The notes: a model not told the origin generated them from the sequence alone. Numbered from the stretch's first letter, positions 38,245-47,707 are shown. The stretch: DNA of 64,000 nt from Thermoprotei archaeon (GCA_003661775.1 QMWT01000001.1:1199-65198), one strand, 5' to 3'. Made by a program: numbers and translations.

Positions 38245-38302
38245 AGCGTCAGCCCGCTGAAATCACATCACCTCTCAGATTCCAGCGCGCTCATCAACCA
38301 AC
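38245..38302 (-). ncRNA. C/D box sRNA
   Basis: Minus strand: UUGAUGA (38297-38291), 12 nt, CUGA (38278-38275), 3 nt, GUGAUGU (38271-38265), 12 nt, CUGA (38252-38249). It fills the 58-nt convergent gap exactly. Confidence 0.8.
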
Positions 38303-41300
38303 TTAAGTCACTCTTCCCGTGGCTAGTATGTACAGTGTTCGCGCTATGTAGCTACAAACTCGCTTAATCTCATCTCCACACCTCCGCTCGCTTTCTCTGC
38401 ACCGAGGAATAAGAGGTCTACGTTTACTGTGCGTGAATTTTGCTACGATTTCAACAACGTCTCCTAAGGAGACGTCCCTTCTGTAGATTTTCACCACTAA
38501 TGGGTAGAGATCTATAATTCTTCCTTCGTTGCGTAGTACGTCGAAGAGCAATGCGGCTGTCCTATCTTCGGAGGCTATAGTTTGTAACATAGAAAGCTGT
38601 CCGAAGTGTACGAGGAGCACATTACTGGTTCTATAGGTGTAATCTAGAATCTCTTTTAAACCTTTGATAACCTCCGTACATGGAGTACTTTCGAAGGAAG
38701 CACATAGAGCTGATTCTTTTAAAGCAACAGGGGCACTGCCGTAGGATGATAAGCACCAGTAGTTCATTCCCCGAAACGAAATTTGTTCCACGTACAGAGA
38801 TATTACTTTATCCTTACCTTGTAAGAGAGGTTTCAGGGAAGGGATCACGCCGTGTATCTTGAATACTACATGATCCAAGAGCTCATTGGCTAGCTCCTTA
38901 ACTTTCTTCCAATCACCCCTAAGTACATCAGCAAAGTACATAGCAGCTATATCGTCGACGGCCTTCAGCAACACAAAGTGTATTGGACTTGAACCTAGCT
39001 TGTCAACAGAATCGCGTATCTTATTCCAGTCAATACTTGTTAGTATACCTGCAGGTTCCGGCTCCCACACTAAGAGTATAGGTCTCGACTTCACCTGTTC
39101 CTGAACTACAAATTCGACCTCCCTTAAGGGGATTTTGTAGTCAGATAGTCTGAGGGTTACCTGTAGAGCAGCTGCTGCAACTTTAGCTTCCTCTACCTTT
39201 ACACGCGGAGGAAGCTCTATCGTAAAACCATAAGTAAGCCCTTTATAGGATCCGATGCAAGGAGCAGGTACTTCAATAGATTCTCGTCTGTATGTAACAA
39301 CAATTCTATCACCTATCTTGACGGGGCGTGGCCTAGAAGATTCCACTAACCATTTAACATAAAGTGGTTCTTCGAGGAAGAACCCAAAACCTTTCTCAGG
39401 AGTCCTAACAGATATCACCACTAGCGACTGAAGTCTACCACTCAGAACATCTGAGCGGAGATCCGCCTTCTCACCCCATCTAAGCTTTATCAATGCATAA
39501 TGCCTCGAAACCTCGGCTAATACTTCATCAGGTTCCCTCAGCGCTTCGCTTAAGGGTTTTTCCACAATACCTCGCCTAGGGTCAGCTTTCAAAACTATGG
39601 CCTCGTTACCTACATCGAAATTATACAGCTGAAACTTCTCAACGAAATCTCTTCTTGAAACTTCTTCAAGCGGTTTAACTTCGTCATCTTTTTTAATAAA
39701 GCGAGGAACTCCGTAAGGTGGTCCAAACTCGTAGAAGTTTATGTAGAACCACACTCTTCTACCCTCAGAGCTCAAAACAAGTCTTTCTCCATATAGTGAA
39801 CGTTGAAACTCTATTAACCCGAGAGCCTTCAACAGCTCAAGCTCTTTATCCTCAAGTTCCTGCCTTGTGAAGTACTTTACTAAAGCTTTGAAGAGTTTTA
39901 CATAATCATTCTCGGGATTTATATAAACTCCTTCAACCTCTTGTGATAGCCATTCCTTAAGAGCGTCAAGACCAAGCGAAACAAGTTCTCGATCCCACGG
40001 AAACAGCGGCAATACTATACTTTCGGTGAACGGTATTTCTCTTCGCCTACCTTTACGCCCTTCACGTTGTCTAAGTTCTCTTATATCGCGTGGTAGACCG
40101 TAGTGAATAACCCTTACAACTGTTCCTATATCGATTCCCTGCAATAGCGTTCTTACAGTGAAGACAACCTTTATGGTGTTTCTCCTGAGTCCTTCCTCTA
40201 TCCTTGTTCTTACATCCTTGGGTACTAGATGGTGATGCACAGCAACTTTATCGCGATATTCGGAAGGTATAAGCATACCTACTCTTGCAGCTAATCTTTC
40301 GGCAGAACGTATGCTTGGGCAGAACACTATAGTAACTCCATCTTCTTCACCTATAACATATCGTGCTAAGATCTTTTCATATTCTGGATAAGGCTCTTCG
40401 ATTCTGTAACCAGCACTTCTCAATTCTTCAACTACTAACGAAAAATACTTCTTGAACTCGTCGAAGGAGCTCGCCAGCGGCTGTAGATAGGACAATTTGG
40501 GATTTTCTCTTACCAATGTCTTAGCAAGTCTCCACAGATTGTAGAGGTTTCTACCTAGCACGATGTACCATCTATTCCTAACACGAAATGCTTTGCCCCT
40601 AATCACTACCGTTTCTCTTCCTGTCACTCTATCAAGATGTTTCTTCAGATTATCTACGCCTCCAACAGTAGCGCCTAAAACCACGATCTGAGGTTTATGT
40701 GTTATCTCGGCAAGCAGCTCAAGCATTGCAATTAGCAAACTAGCTCTAGAAGAACCATAGAAGTCAAGTTCATCAACCACAATCAACCTTACTTCTCTTA
40801 GAAACTCGGAAAGCCACGAAGATCCATGTGTTATCAATCTCTTGAGATCAGCTAACAAGAATGCTGGGTTTGTTAGTAGTATAAGGGTGGATAATACGTC
40901 CTTTGCCAACACGTATCTTGCCTTAGCGGGTCCATACCTATTCATTAAATCCCTTACATATGTAGAATCAATGCGCATTACCTTTAGTTCGCCGCTAACC
41001 GCATTCAGGTAACTCTTAAGACGTTGAAACTGGTCATCCGTAAGCGCCAATGTGGGATATATTGCTAGGGTACGGATTTTGTTCTTCAGTACATACATGG
41101 CCCAGCTCTCAGTTTTTCCGGAACCCGTGCCCGATACCAATACCACATTCTTTCCTTGTGCAAGATTTTTGAAAACCTCAAGCTGATGTTTATACATACG
41201 TTGCTTAGCTAAGTATCGACATCTCTCATCGCCTTTTGTTAATTGCGGAAGTATATCGGCGAAGGTCATGTCTACGGTTTCGGGCTCAGAGGGGCTCTCT

Positions 41301-41362
41301 TCAAAGTAGAGGTAATTATAGTTGTCTCTCTTCAGTATCTCCTCCGTGTTAATGACCTTCAA
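38303..41362 (-). CDS. large SF2 (DExD/H) helicase with an uncharacterised C-terminal half of about 540 aa
   Basis: Motif I SGTGSGKTE, Ia YPTLALTDDQ, II VVDELDF, III GAT, VI QREGRKGRR. I recognise nothing after about residue 480. Confidence 0.75.
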   Translation of the reverse strand: MKVINTEEILKRDNYNYLYFEESPSEPETVDMTFADILPQLTKGDERCRYLAKQRMYKHQLEVFKNLAQGKNVVLVSGTGSGKTESWAMYVLKNKIRTLAIYPTLALTDDQFQRLKSYLNAVSGELKVMRIDSTYVRDLMNRYGPAKARYVLAKDVLSTLILLTNPAFLLADLKRLITHGSSWLSEFLREVRLIVVDELDFYGSSRASLLIAMLELLAEITHKPQIVVLGATVGGVDNLKKHLDRVTGRETVVIRGKAFRVRNRWYIVLGRNLYNLWRLAKTLVRENPKLSYLQPLASSFDEFKKYFSLVVEELRSAGYRIEEPYPEYEKILARYVIGEEDGVTIVFCPSIRSAERLAARVGMLIPSEYRDKVAVHHHLVPKDVRTRIEEGLRRNTIKVVFTVRTLLQGIDIGTVVRVIHYGLPRDIRELRQREGRKGRRREIPFTESIVLPLFPWDRELVSLGLDALKEWLSQEVEGVYINPENDYVKLFKALVKYFTRQELEDKELELLKALGLIEFQRSLYGERLVLSSEGRRVWFYINFYEFGPPYGVPRFIKKDDEVKPLEEVSRRDFVEKFQLYNFDVGNEAIVLKADPRRGIVEKPLSEALREPDEVLAEVSRHYALIKLRWGEKADLRSDVLSGRLQSLVVISVRTPEKGFGFFLEEPLYVKWLVESSRPRPVKIGDRIVVTYRRESIEVPAPCIGSYKGLTYGFTIELPPRVKVEEAKVAAAALQVTLRLSDYKIPLREVEFVVQEQVKSRPILLVWEPEPAGILTSIDWNKIRDSVDKLGSSPIHFVLLKAVDDIAAMYFADVLRGDWKKVKELANELLDHVVFKIHGVIPSLKPLLQGKDKVISLYVEQISFRGMNYWCLSSYGSAPVALKESALCASFESTPCTEVIKGLKEILDYTYRTSNVLLVHFGQLSMLQTIASEDRTAALLFDVLRNEGRIIDLYPLVVKIYRRDVSLGDVVEIVAKFTHSKRRPLIPRCRESERRCGDEIKRVCSYIARTLYILATGRVT

Positions 41363-41368
41363 GGAGTT

Positions 41369-42208
41369 CTATACCTCAACAACCTCTAATCCTAAAGCTC
41401 TAGCTACTTCTTTAATCGCTTCACGAATACCTTTTCTTATCTTCTTCTCAATGACTACCCTACGAATCTCGGGTGTAGATCTTATAGCCTGTTTCGCAAC
41501 ATTATTCACTTCGGCCTCGCTCAAGCTCTTCAGGATGTAGGCAGGGATTATATGACCATAACACTCATCAAGCTTAAACGCTCTAGCTGTAAACTTTGGA
41601 GCATAGTGGCTTCCTCCAAAGCCCACGGATACTGTACAAGCACATTTACCACTTGAGGTTAACTGTTTAATGGACCCTAGCACTGCTCTAGCCACCACTA
41701 CCTGAGCTTCTTTCATTGTCCACTCTTCGTAGCTGCTTCCAATCTCAACAAAGCATATTGGTTTCTCTACGGCTGTAGGTCCGTGATGTGTAGCCTCGTA
41801 GGTTACGTCGAAATCAAGCAATCCATATTCCTCTCTGAGATCTCTTAAGAACTTCAATACAGCCCAGGAAAGGTACGGATTAGAAGGTGGTAGTTTAAAC
41901 ACACTTGACTTCTCACCACGTTCTATTACCCCAGGATGATGCACCGTAAACGATTTCATTCCCGAAGCACTGCTATGTCGTGAAAGAATTACAAAGTAGT
42001 TGACAGCGGTGGCAAGAATGTTCAAGAAATCAAATTCTACCACATCCTCTTCGAACCCTACTAGGTAGGAGCTCAACATTTCGCTATACCACGCTTCTTT
42101 GGATCTAGGAACCTCAACCTCCTGGAAATCACCTACTAGTTCAAGCAGACGAGAGGCTATGCCCCTTCCTGCCGGGTCGTTCACGCTGTAGCATAGGGCA
42201 AACTTCAC
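41369..42208 (-). CDS. dtdA: D-aminoacyl-tRNA deacylase, archaeal type (DTD2)
   Basis: SRHSS, YEATHHGPT, FVEIGSSYEEW, GGSHYAPK and GHIIP match the DTD2 family core. Confidence 0.85.
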   Translation of the reverse strand: MKFALCYSVNDPAGRGIASRLLELVGDFQEVEVPRSKEAWYSEMLSSYLVGFEEDVVEFDFLNILATAVNYFVILSRHSSASGMKSFTVHHPGVIERGEKSSVFKLPPSNPYLSWAVLKFLRDLREEYGLLDFDVTYEATHHGPTAVEKPICFVEIGSSYEEWTMKEAQVVVARAVLGSIKQLTSSGKCACTVSVGFGGSHYAPKFTARAFKLDECYGHIIPAYILKSLSEAEVNNVAKQAIRSTPEIRRVVIEKKIRKGIREAIKEVARALGLEVVEV

Positions 42209-42266
42209 TTCTAACCCCGCAACCTATAATGCGCAGCGAGGCAGTATTAGAGAGCATGGTCGTGGC

Positions 42267-42764
42267 ATGCGCACTGCGATCAGAGGAGGATATATACTCG
42301 TGTTCACCCTAAATATTCCGATAGAAGTAACTTATGGGAAGAGTCACTGTTACCTAGAACCAGGACTCTATGCATACATAGGCTCCGCCATGAACGGAGT
42401 CTACGGAAGGGTGGCAAGACACTGCAGGAAGCGTAAGAGGGTATTCTGGCACATAGATAGACTAACGCAATTACAGGAAACCAGGGTATTGGGAGCATTA
42501 GTGTTAATAACTAACGAGCGGAATGTAGAGACCTTTCTAACACATTTAGCACTAAAATACTTCATCCCGGTATGCCCGGGCTTTGGATGCAGCGATACCT
42601 CGGATATCACACACTTGTTCAATATTGCGAGGAGTGCTGATCTACTTAATCTCTGTCGTGATCTCAAAATGTATTATTTACCCTGTGATAAAGCCTACAG
42701 CAGAGGAGATGCAGAGCCTTGTTCAGAGGGGATAGCGAGGCTCTTCACACAGACATACGCATAG
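42267..42764 (+). CDS. DUF123-type GIY-YIG-like protein
   Basis: GLYAYIGSA...GRVARH...FWHIDRL...GFGCSD...THLF matches my recollection of the DUF123 signature. Confidence 0.6.
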   Translation: MRTAIRGGYILVFTLNIPIEVTYGKSHCYLEPGLYAYIGSAMNGVYGRVARHCRKRKRVFWHIDRLTQLQETRVLGALVLITNERNVETFLTHLALKYFIPVCPGFGCSDTSDITHLFNIARSADLLNLCRDLKMYYLPCDKAYSRGDAEPCSEGIARLFTQTYA

Positions 42765-43375
42765 TGCTTGAGAGATTAGCCCCTCATGTGTACCTAGACG
42801 ATATAGTTGGGAAGATAAAGGGATTCTATGCACGTGGAAAGATCAGCCTTAACCATGCATTAGCGGAGGTTGTGATTGCACACTACCTAAGAGCTCAAGG
42901 TTTTAAACACGTTGATGTAGAGCATAACATAGCCCCTCGAATAGTCTGTGATGTTTATGGAGAACTTGAGCGGGGTAAGCTATGTGTTGAGATCGAGTAT
43001 GGATTCGTACCACCAGAATACGCTACAGAACCCAACTCCTATCTTAGAGCTAGGATAGCAAAGAAAATAGCGACGATCTCGCAACACGTTGATATTCTCG
43101 CATTCGCTATACCGCCTCACTACATACCACCTATACCGCTTATCTTGTTAAGACCGCCATGCACACGATCGCGGAGTAGAAGAGGACTATCCGATCTAAT
43201 CTCATTAATAAAAAGATTTTACCCTGATAGCGATATCGAAGCCACCGAGAAGATATTAACACGTGCCGAGATAGGATTCTTTTTAATAGTTGACATAGAT
43301 AGAGGGAAAGTTGCTAAGCTGACCCCTCAGCAAATGGAAATACTTCTAACGACTATCGACTCCTTTCTCACTTGA
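42764..43375 (+). CDS. hypothetical protein, possibly a PD-(D/E)xK-like nuclease fold
   Basis: I placed the start at the GTG at 42764, which overlaps the upstream TAG by 1 nt (TAGTG). CDVYG...CVEIEYG is reminiscent of a D..ExK-type site, but the lysine is not evident. Confidence 0.35.
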   Translation: MLERLAPHVYLDDIVGKIKGFYARGKISLNHALAEVVIAHYLRAQGFKHVDVEHNIAPRIVCDVYGELERGKLCVEIEYGFVPPEYATEPNSYLRARIAKKIATISQHVDILAFAIPPHYIPPIPLILLRPPCTRSRSRRGLSDLISLIKRFYPDSDIEATEKILTRAEIGFFLIVDIDRGKVAKLTPQQMEILLTTIDSFLT

Positions 43376-44768
43376 TCTGTATTTCCTCTAGCGACCTAAG
43401 CACATCATTGAATACCTTGATAACCTCATCAACGTATTCCATTTTGTTTTTATCCAGGTACAGCCTCACTACAGCGATCATACTAGGCGCATAAAGCCAT
43501 GTGAACTCTGTTACATGTCTAGCTAACACACCGTGTCCATGCTTTATAAAGATGTACTCATCCTGCAACATAGGATTTAAGGGAAGTTTTGGCGTATCCA
43601 CGAAGTAATCTCTTCCCGGTTTAAGCTCTATGCCTCTAGCCATTAACACCTCATCCATTTTCTGCTCAAGGTACCTAGCACTGAACCCAGCCATTTCTGC
43701 AATAGATCCGCGTTGTCCATGCAGGAGGAACTTATGTTCTGCCACTGCTTTGAAGGGTATCCTTCGAGACAAGAGCGCTTTAGCCTCTGGTAATCTTCTT
43801 ATCTCGGGGTGTGAAAGTAGGAAATAATCATCTAGCTCCATGTAAAGCCTTACATTTTTGACATAGTTCGACAAACCCATAATTCTATCCACGTTTTCTA
43901 GCAGCGAACAAACAAGCTTCTCGATCGCCCGGACCTTTTTGTGGTAATACACCGTAGAGAACATGAACACCCTGGCTATGAGCACTTGGTCAACAACTTC
44001 CAATGCACGTTCATCAACAACAATTTTATCCTCATGTATTTCCGAGAAGTGCGCCAACCTTATCCAGTCTATAGACTTGGAGTATCCAGCACCTGTAAAG
44101 TACGAGTCGCGAAGAAGGTAATCAATGGTATCGCCGCTGAAAGCCCCCTTTAAAATATAGAATAGCGCTTTCTCGTTCGCATTACCAGCAAAAGAATTGC
44201 CGAAAGGCCATTCCTTAATACTTTTGCTTGCAAGAGCCGCAGCTACATCGTTAACCTTATAACCATATTCCTCAACTAGATCCTCTACAATACCGGTAAT
44301 TTCAGATTCGTTAAGCAGAATGTTTGCAGACATCAACTCGTGATCTAGTCCTTTAGGGATGAGTACACACCCCTCGAATGTATGACTGAAAGGGCCGTGA
44401 CCTATATCATGTAGAAGCGCCAGTAACCTCATCAAGACTACGTATTGGATAAAATCGTCATTTGTGACCCCTGCCTTCACCAGCAACTCGCGCATCATGG
44501 TTTCAACTACGTGAGCTACTCCTAAGCTGTGCTCAAACCTCGTATGCTGAGCTCCTGGATATACCAAGTAAGCCATGCTTAACTGCTTGATCCTTCTAAG
44601 TCTTTGAAAAGCAAGTGTGTCCACTATTGGAAGTTCGTGAGCATAAATGCGTATATACCCATGCACCGGGTCTTTAACTATTTTATACTTATCGGGCCGG
44701 GGCTTCAACGCCACTTCATGGTATACTAATAACTCTGTATGAATAATGAAGTTTCTGCTTATAAGCAT
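43368..44768 (-). CDS. HD-domain phosphohydrolase (SAMHD1 / dNTP triphosphohydrolase-like)
   Basis: RFEHSLGVAHV and LLHDIGHGPFSH. The true start may lie downstream of the track start. Confidence 0.8.
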   Translation of the reverse strand: MLISRNFIIHTELLVYHEVALKPRPDKYKIVKDPVHGYIRIYAHELPIVDTLAFQRLRRIKQLSMAYLVYPGAQHTRFEHSLGVAHVVETMMRELLVKAGVTNDDFIQYVVLMRLLALLHDIGHGPFSHTFEGCVLIPKGLDHELMSANILLNESEITGIVEDLVEEYGYKVNDVAAALASKSIKEWPFGNSFAGNANEKALFYILKGAFSGDTIDYLLRDSYFTGAGYSKSIDWIRLAHFSEIHEDKIVVDERALEVVDQVLIARVFMFSTVYYHKKVRAIEKLVCSLLENVDRIMGLSNYVKNVRLYMELDDYFLLSHPEIRRLPEAKALLSRRIPFKAVAEHKFLLHGQRGSIAEMAGFSARYLEQKMDEVLMARGIELKPGRDYFVDTPKLPLNPMLQDEYIFIKHGHGVLARHVTEFTWLYAPSMIAVVRLYLDKNKMEYVDEVIKVFNDVLRSLEEIQIK

Positions 44769-44801
44769 TGGAGTAACTCCGTATTATTTGGTAAGGGTAT
44801 C

Positions 44802-46166
44802 ATGAGCTATCTGACGCTGACGCCCAAAGATCTCGAAGCGCTAGTGATGGCGGTTAAGCTAGCTGAGGAAGTAAAACCTAGTCAGCAAGCTAAAAGAGAT
44901 GTGTTTAGCAAGTATGGTATAGCAGGAAGCTACAAGGATCGTGTACTCACAGCGATATTCTACGACCTGCATAAGAGAATGGGGATAATCGATAGGATTA
45001 TATGCGAGTTAACTGGGGTAAGCAATACCGCCATACTCGATCCGTGGCTTCGGGCAGCATTGAGGGTTGCCGTGGAGCTCTTAGTCTTCGAGAGGCATGT
45101 CAAGGATGAGGTTTCTCTCAAGGATCTGCTTGTTAAGTATTTCAAGTCCCGAATAGCGAAATTTCTCTCGGATTCCACCCATCCGTATGTGAGCATGTAC
45201 TTCTGGGACCTTGTAGATAAAATACGGGATTATAGATACGAAGCTAAGGATCTTATATCACGTTGGGAGTATAGATATTTGATTTCACGCACTATAATAG
45301 AGAGAATGATCAAACTCATAGGAAAGGAAGAGACAAGAAAACTTCTCAAGGCATTCAACAGAATACCTATGATAAATGTCCGGGTAAACATACTCAAAGC
45401 TACAGTTGAGGAGGTTGAAAAGAAACTTCTTGAAGAAGGAGTTAAGCCTGCAAGAGGTAAGTACGTACCCACAGTACTCAAATTCGAAGGACCTTACGAT
45501 TTTGATAAAAGCGAGTTATTCCAGGAGGGCAAGATCATAATACAGGATGAGGCTGCGGCAGCAGCTTCTATCCTGCTCGATCCTAAGCCCGGAGAGGTTG
45601 TTGTAGATATGGCAGCCGCTCCCGGTGGTAAAACTGAGCATATGGGTGAACTTATGAAAAATAGCGGAGTCATACACGCTTTCGACATCGACAAGTTCAG
45701 GGTTAGAAGAATGAAGGAGCTACTGCGGAGAGCGGGTATAACGATAGTGAAGATCCACCTCGAGGACTCTCGACGCGCTCCCGAGATCTTGGGTGAAGAA
45801 ATAGCAGATAAGGTACTTCTCGATGCCCCATGTACATCGAGCGGCACCATAATGAAGAATCATGAGCTGCGGTGGAGGATCATGGAGAAGAAAATTCTTG
45901 AGATGTCTAAGCTACAGCTTGAGATGCTTGAAGCAGGATTCAAACTTCTTAAACCTGGTGGGATGCTTCTCTACACAACTTGTTCGCTCTTTAGAGAAGA
46001 GAATGAAGATGTTATTGAGAAGTTCCTAAGAAGATATGCAAACGCCAGACTGATAGAGCTTAAAGGTCCGTTCGACCTCGGCTTTATCCCAGGGACTATG
46101 AGGGCTTGGCCACATAGACATGGTACTTTAGGCTTCTTCTATGCTCTCATAGAGCGCAAAACTTGA
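44802..46166 (+). CDS. RsmB/NOP2-like RNA m5C methyltransferase with a NusB-like N-terminal domain
   Basis: DMAAAPGGKTEH, DAPCTSSGT and YTTCSLFREENE. I placed the start at the ATG at 44802 to avoid overlap with the divergent HD gene. Confidence 0.85.
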   Translation: MSYLTLTPKDLEALVMAVKLAEEVKPSQQAKRDVFSKYGIAGSYKDRVLTAIFYDLHKRMGIIDRIICELTGVSNTAILDPWLRAALRVAVELLVFERHVKDEVSLKDLLVKYFKSRIAKFLSDSTHPYVSMYFWDLVDKIRDYRYEAKDLISRWEYRYLISRTIIERMIKLIGKEETRKLLKAFNRIPMINVRVNILKATVEEVEKKLLEEGVKPARGKYVPTVLKFEGPYDFDKSELFQEGKIIIQDEAAAAASILLDPKPGEVVVDMAAAPGGKTEHMGELMKNSGVIHAFDIDKFRVRRMKELLRRAGITIVKIHLEDSRRAPEILGEEIADKVLLDAPCTSSGTIMKNHELRWRIMEKKILEMSKLQLEMLEAGFKLLKPGGMLLYTTCSLFREENEDVIEKFLRRYANARLIELKGPFDLGFIPGTMRAWPHRHGTLGFFYALIERKT

Positions 46167-46282
46167 TATTCCCGGAAAACCCTAACATGAGTAGGCCCGC
46201 GACCCCGCGCAACGGGGCCGATGGCCTAGTATGAGCGCGGGGCCCCCAAGCGGCGCAGATAGCGCCCCTCGCTACATAATTT

Positions 46283-46972
46283 CTAACGCATCTTCACAGT
46301 GTAACTGTTCCCGTTCACAGCCACTATAGCTATATCGGCTAGGTCTTTAGTTAACCGTACGAAGTATTCCTCCAGCGCTATCAATTCTTCGTAGGTAGGT
46401 GAAGGCAAGAAGTATATCTCCTGAAGGTCGTTCATCACAACCAGATACTGTGATACCCTTGATACCATGTAATCGAAGAACTCCTCGCTGAGTATTTCAG
46501 CGACCTTTAACCATCCCTGATGAGCATGAGGAGACAAACATAGTATCCTAGCACTTTCACCATCAAGGTTGATGCCTACACACTCAACCTTCTGCTTAAG
46601 CTGGTACGCGTCGATTACATCGTAAGGCGTGGGTATATGTATGGGTACAGGATGCGTATGGAATGCACCAAGAAATTCTCTGCAAAATCTTGGCATCTTG
46701 ACAATCTCTTCTGCAGGCACCTCCATAGGATAAGTGCCTACATACACAGCCGATTTACTACACATAGCATAGCTTTCCTCAGTGAGGTAGCTACTATGCA
46801 AGGGTACTCGGTTATTTTCGGCCATGTATTTTAGAAGAGGTTCCTCCCCCTCTTCAACACTCTTCAACACTATATCACGCACAATCAGATTACGTCTTCC
46901 TACGTAACTCGCTACCGGCGTAGTATCGATGATTATCGAAGCCAGTACAGACATAAGGTCTTCATCTAGCAT
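46283..46972 (-). CDS. JAB/MPN (JAMM)-motif protein
   Basis: FHTHPVPIHIPTPYD fits HxHx7(S/T)xxD. The flanking regions are unrecognised. Confidence 0.45.
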   Translation of the reverse strand: MLDEDLMSVLASIIIDTTPVASYVGRRNLIVRDIVLKSVEEGEEPLLKYMAENNRVPLHSSYLTEESYAMCSKSAVYVGTYPMEVPAEEIVKMPRFCREFLGAFHTHPVPIHIPTPYDVIDAYQLKQKVECVGINLDGESARILCLSPHAHQGWLKVAEILSEEFFDYMVSRVSQYLVVMNDLQEIYFLPSPTYEELIALEEYFVRLTKDLADIAIVAVNGNSYTVKMR

Positions 46973-47109
46973 ACCTGTTCACAGGTCTTACTACTTTAGC
47001 GCCGGGAGTAAAAAGTAATGTTAGTTCTTCGAACCGGTTCTGCCAAAGCATTACACAAGAGAAATCTCTTTGTTACTGCTACTCTGCGTAGGGTATTTGG
47101 AAGAACCTT

Positions 47110-47388
47110 ATGGAGAAGGAAGAACTCAGATCTGTGTTGCTTGCAGACCCTAGATTGTGCACGAAGTGCAGATTATGCGAAAAACTATGCCCTACATATG
47201 CTATAATCTTTGATAACAAGGGTACACTCGTGTTTCGCACTGAACGCTGTATAGCATGTTACGGCTGCGTAGTTATTTGTCCTAAAAAGGCACTTTCATT
47301 AGAAGTGCAAGCACCTGAGGTAGACCTTGACAAGCTTTGCCAGGAAAAAAGTAGCCGTTCCCTTATCAACTTTATACACAGAGAATGA
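47110..47388 (+). CDS. 2x[4Fe-4S] ferredoxin-domain protein
   Basis: CTKCRLCEKLCP and CIACYGCVVICP. Confidence 0.8.
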   Translation: MEKEELRSVLLADPRLCTKCRLCEKLCPTYAIIFDNKGTLVFRTERCIACYGCVVICPKKALSLEVQAPEVDLDKLCQEKSSRSLINFIHRE

Positions 47389-47392
47389 GGAT

Positions 47393-47455
47393 AAGCTCAG
47401 TAGCGCCAGCCTTCTTCACCTTTAATCCGACGGGGTTTAGAACTCATCATCTTCT
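47393..47455 (-). ncRNA. candidate C/D box sRNA (degenerate internal boxes)
   Basis: Minus strand: AUGAUGA (47450-47444), 12 nt, GUCG, 8 nt, GUGAAGA (47419-47413), 12 nt, CUGA (47400-47397). It starts 12 nt after the eL38 stop codon. Confidence 0.45.
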
Positions 47456-47462
47456 CATTGAT

Positions 47463-47666
47463 TCAAACCTCGACTATCTGAGGACATTTTAGTTTTTTGA
47501 GGAATTCCTCGAGTTTTTCTAGAGGAATTTTAATTGTGTAGAGATACCTCTTTGTTCGAGCTTTTACCTTAGCTATACCCTCTTTTTCAATTCTCTTTAC
47601 TCTACATTCGCGAGCTCTCTCTGTTATTTTTATGAACTCCTCTTCGTTTGTCATGAATACAGGCAT
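47463..47666 (-). CDS. rpl38e: 50S ribosomal protein L38e (eL38)
   Basis: MPVFMTNEEEF...KARTKRYLYTIKI...LKKLK aligns with the eL38 core (RYLYTL). I placed the start at the ATG at 47666, because a TATA-like box at 47708-47715 would put the transcription start downstream of the track start at 47705. Confidence 0.8.
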   Translation of the reverse strand: MPVFMTNEEEFIKITERARECRVKRIEKEGIAKVKARTKRYLYTIKIPLEKLEEFLKKLKCPQIVEV

Positions 47667-47707
47667 TCTTGCTACACCCCCATCTGTGTAAAAGCCTTCA
47701 CACACCC

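Noticed and set aside
46194-46272. H/ACA or C/D sRNA interpretation of the GC-rich element.
   Set aside because: There are no RUGAUGA/CUGA boxes. The ACA at 46274-46276 follows a possible lower stem of only 4 bp, and the K-loop fit fails (GG where GA is required). I kept it as an element of unknown class.
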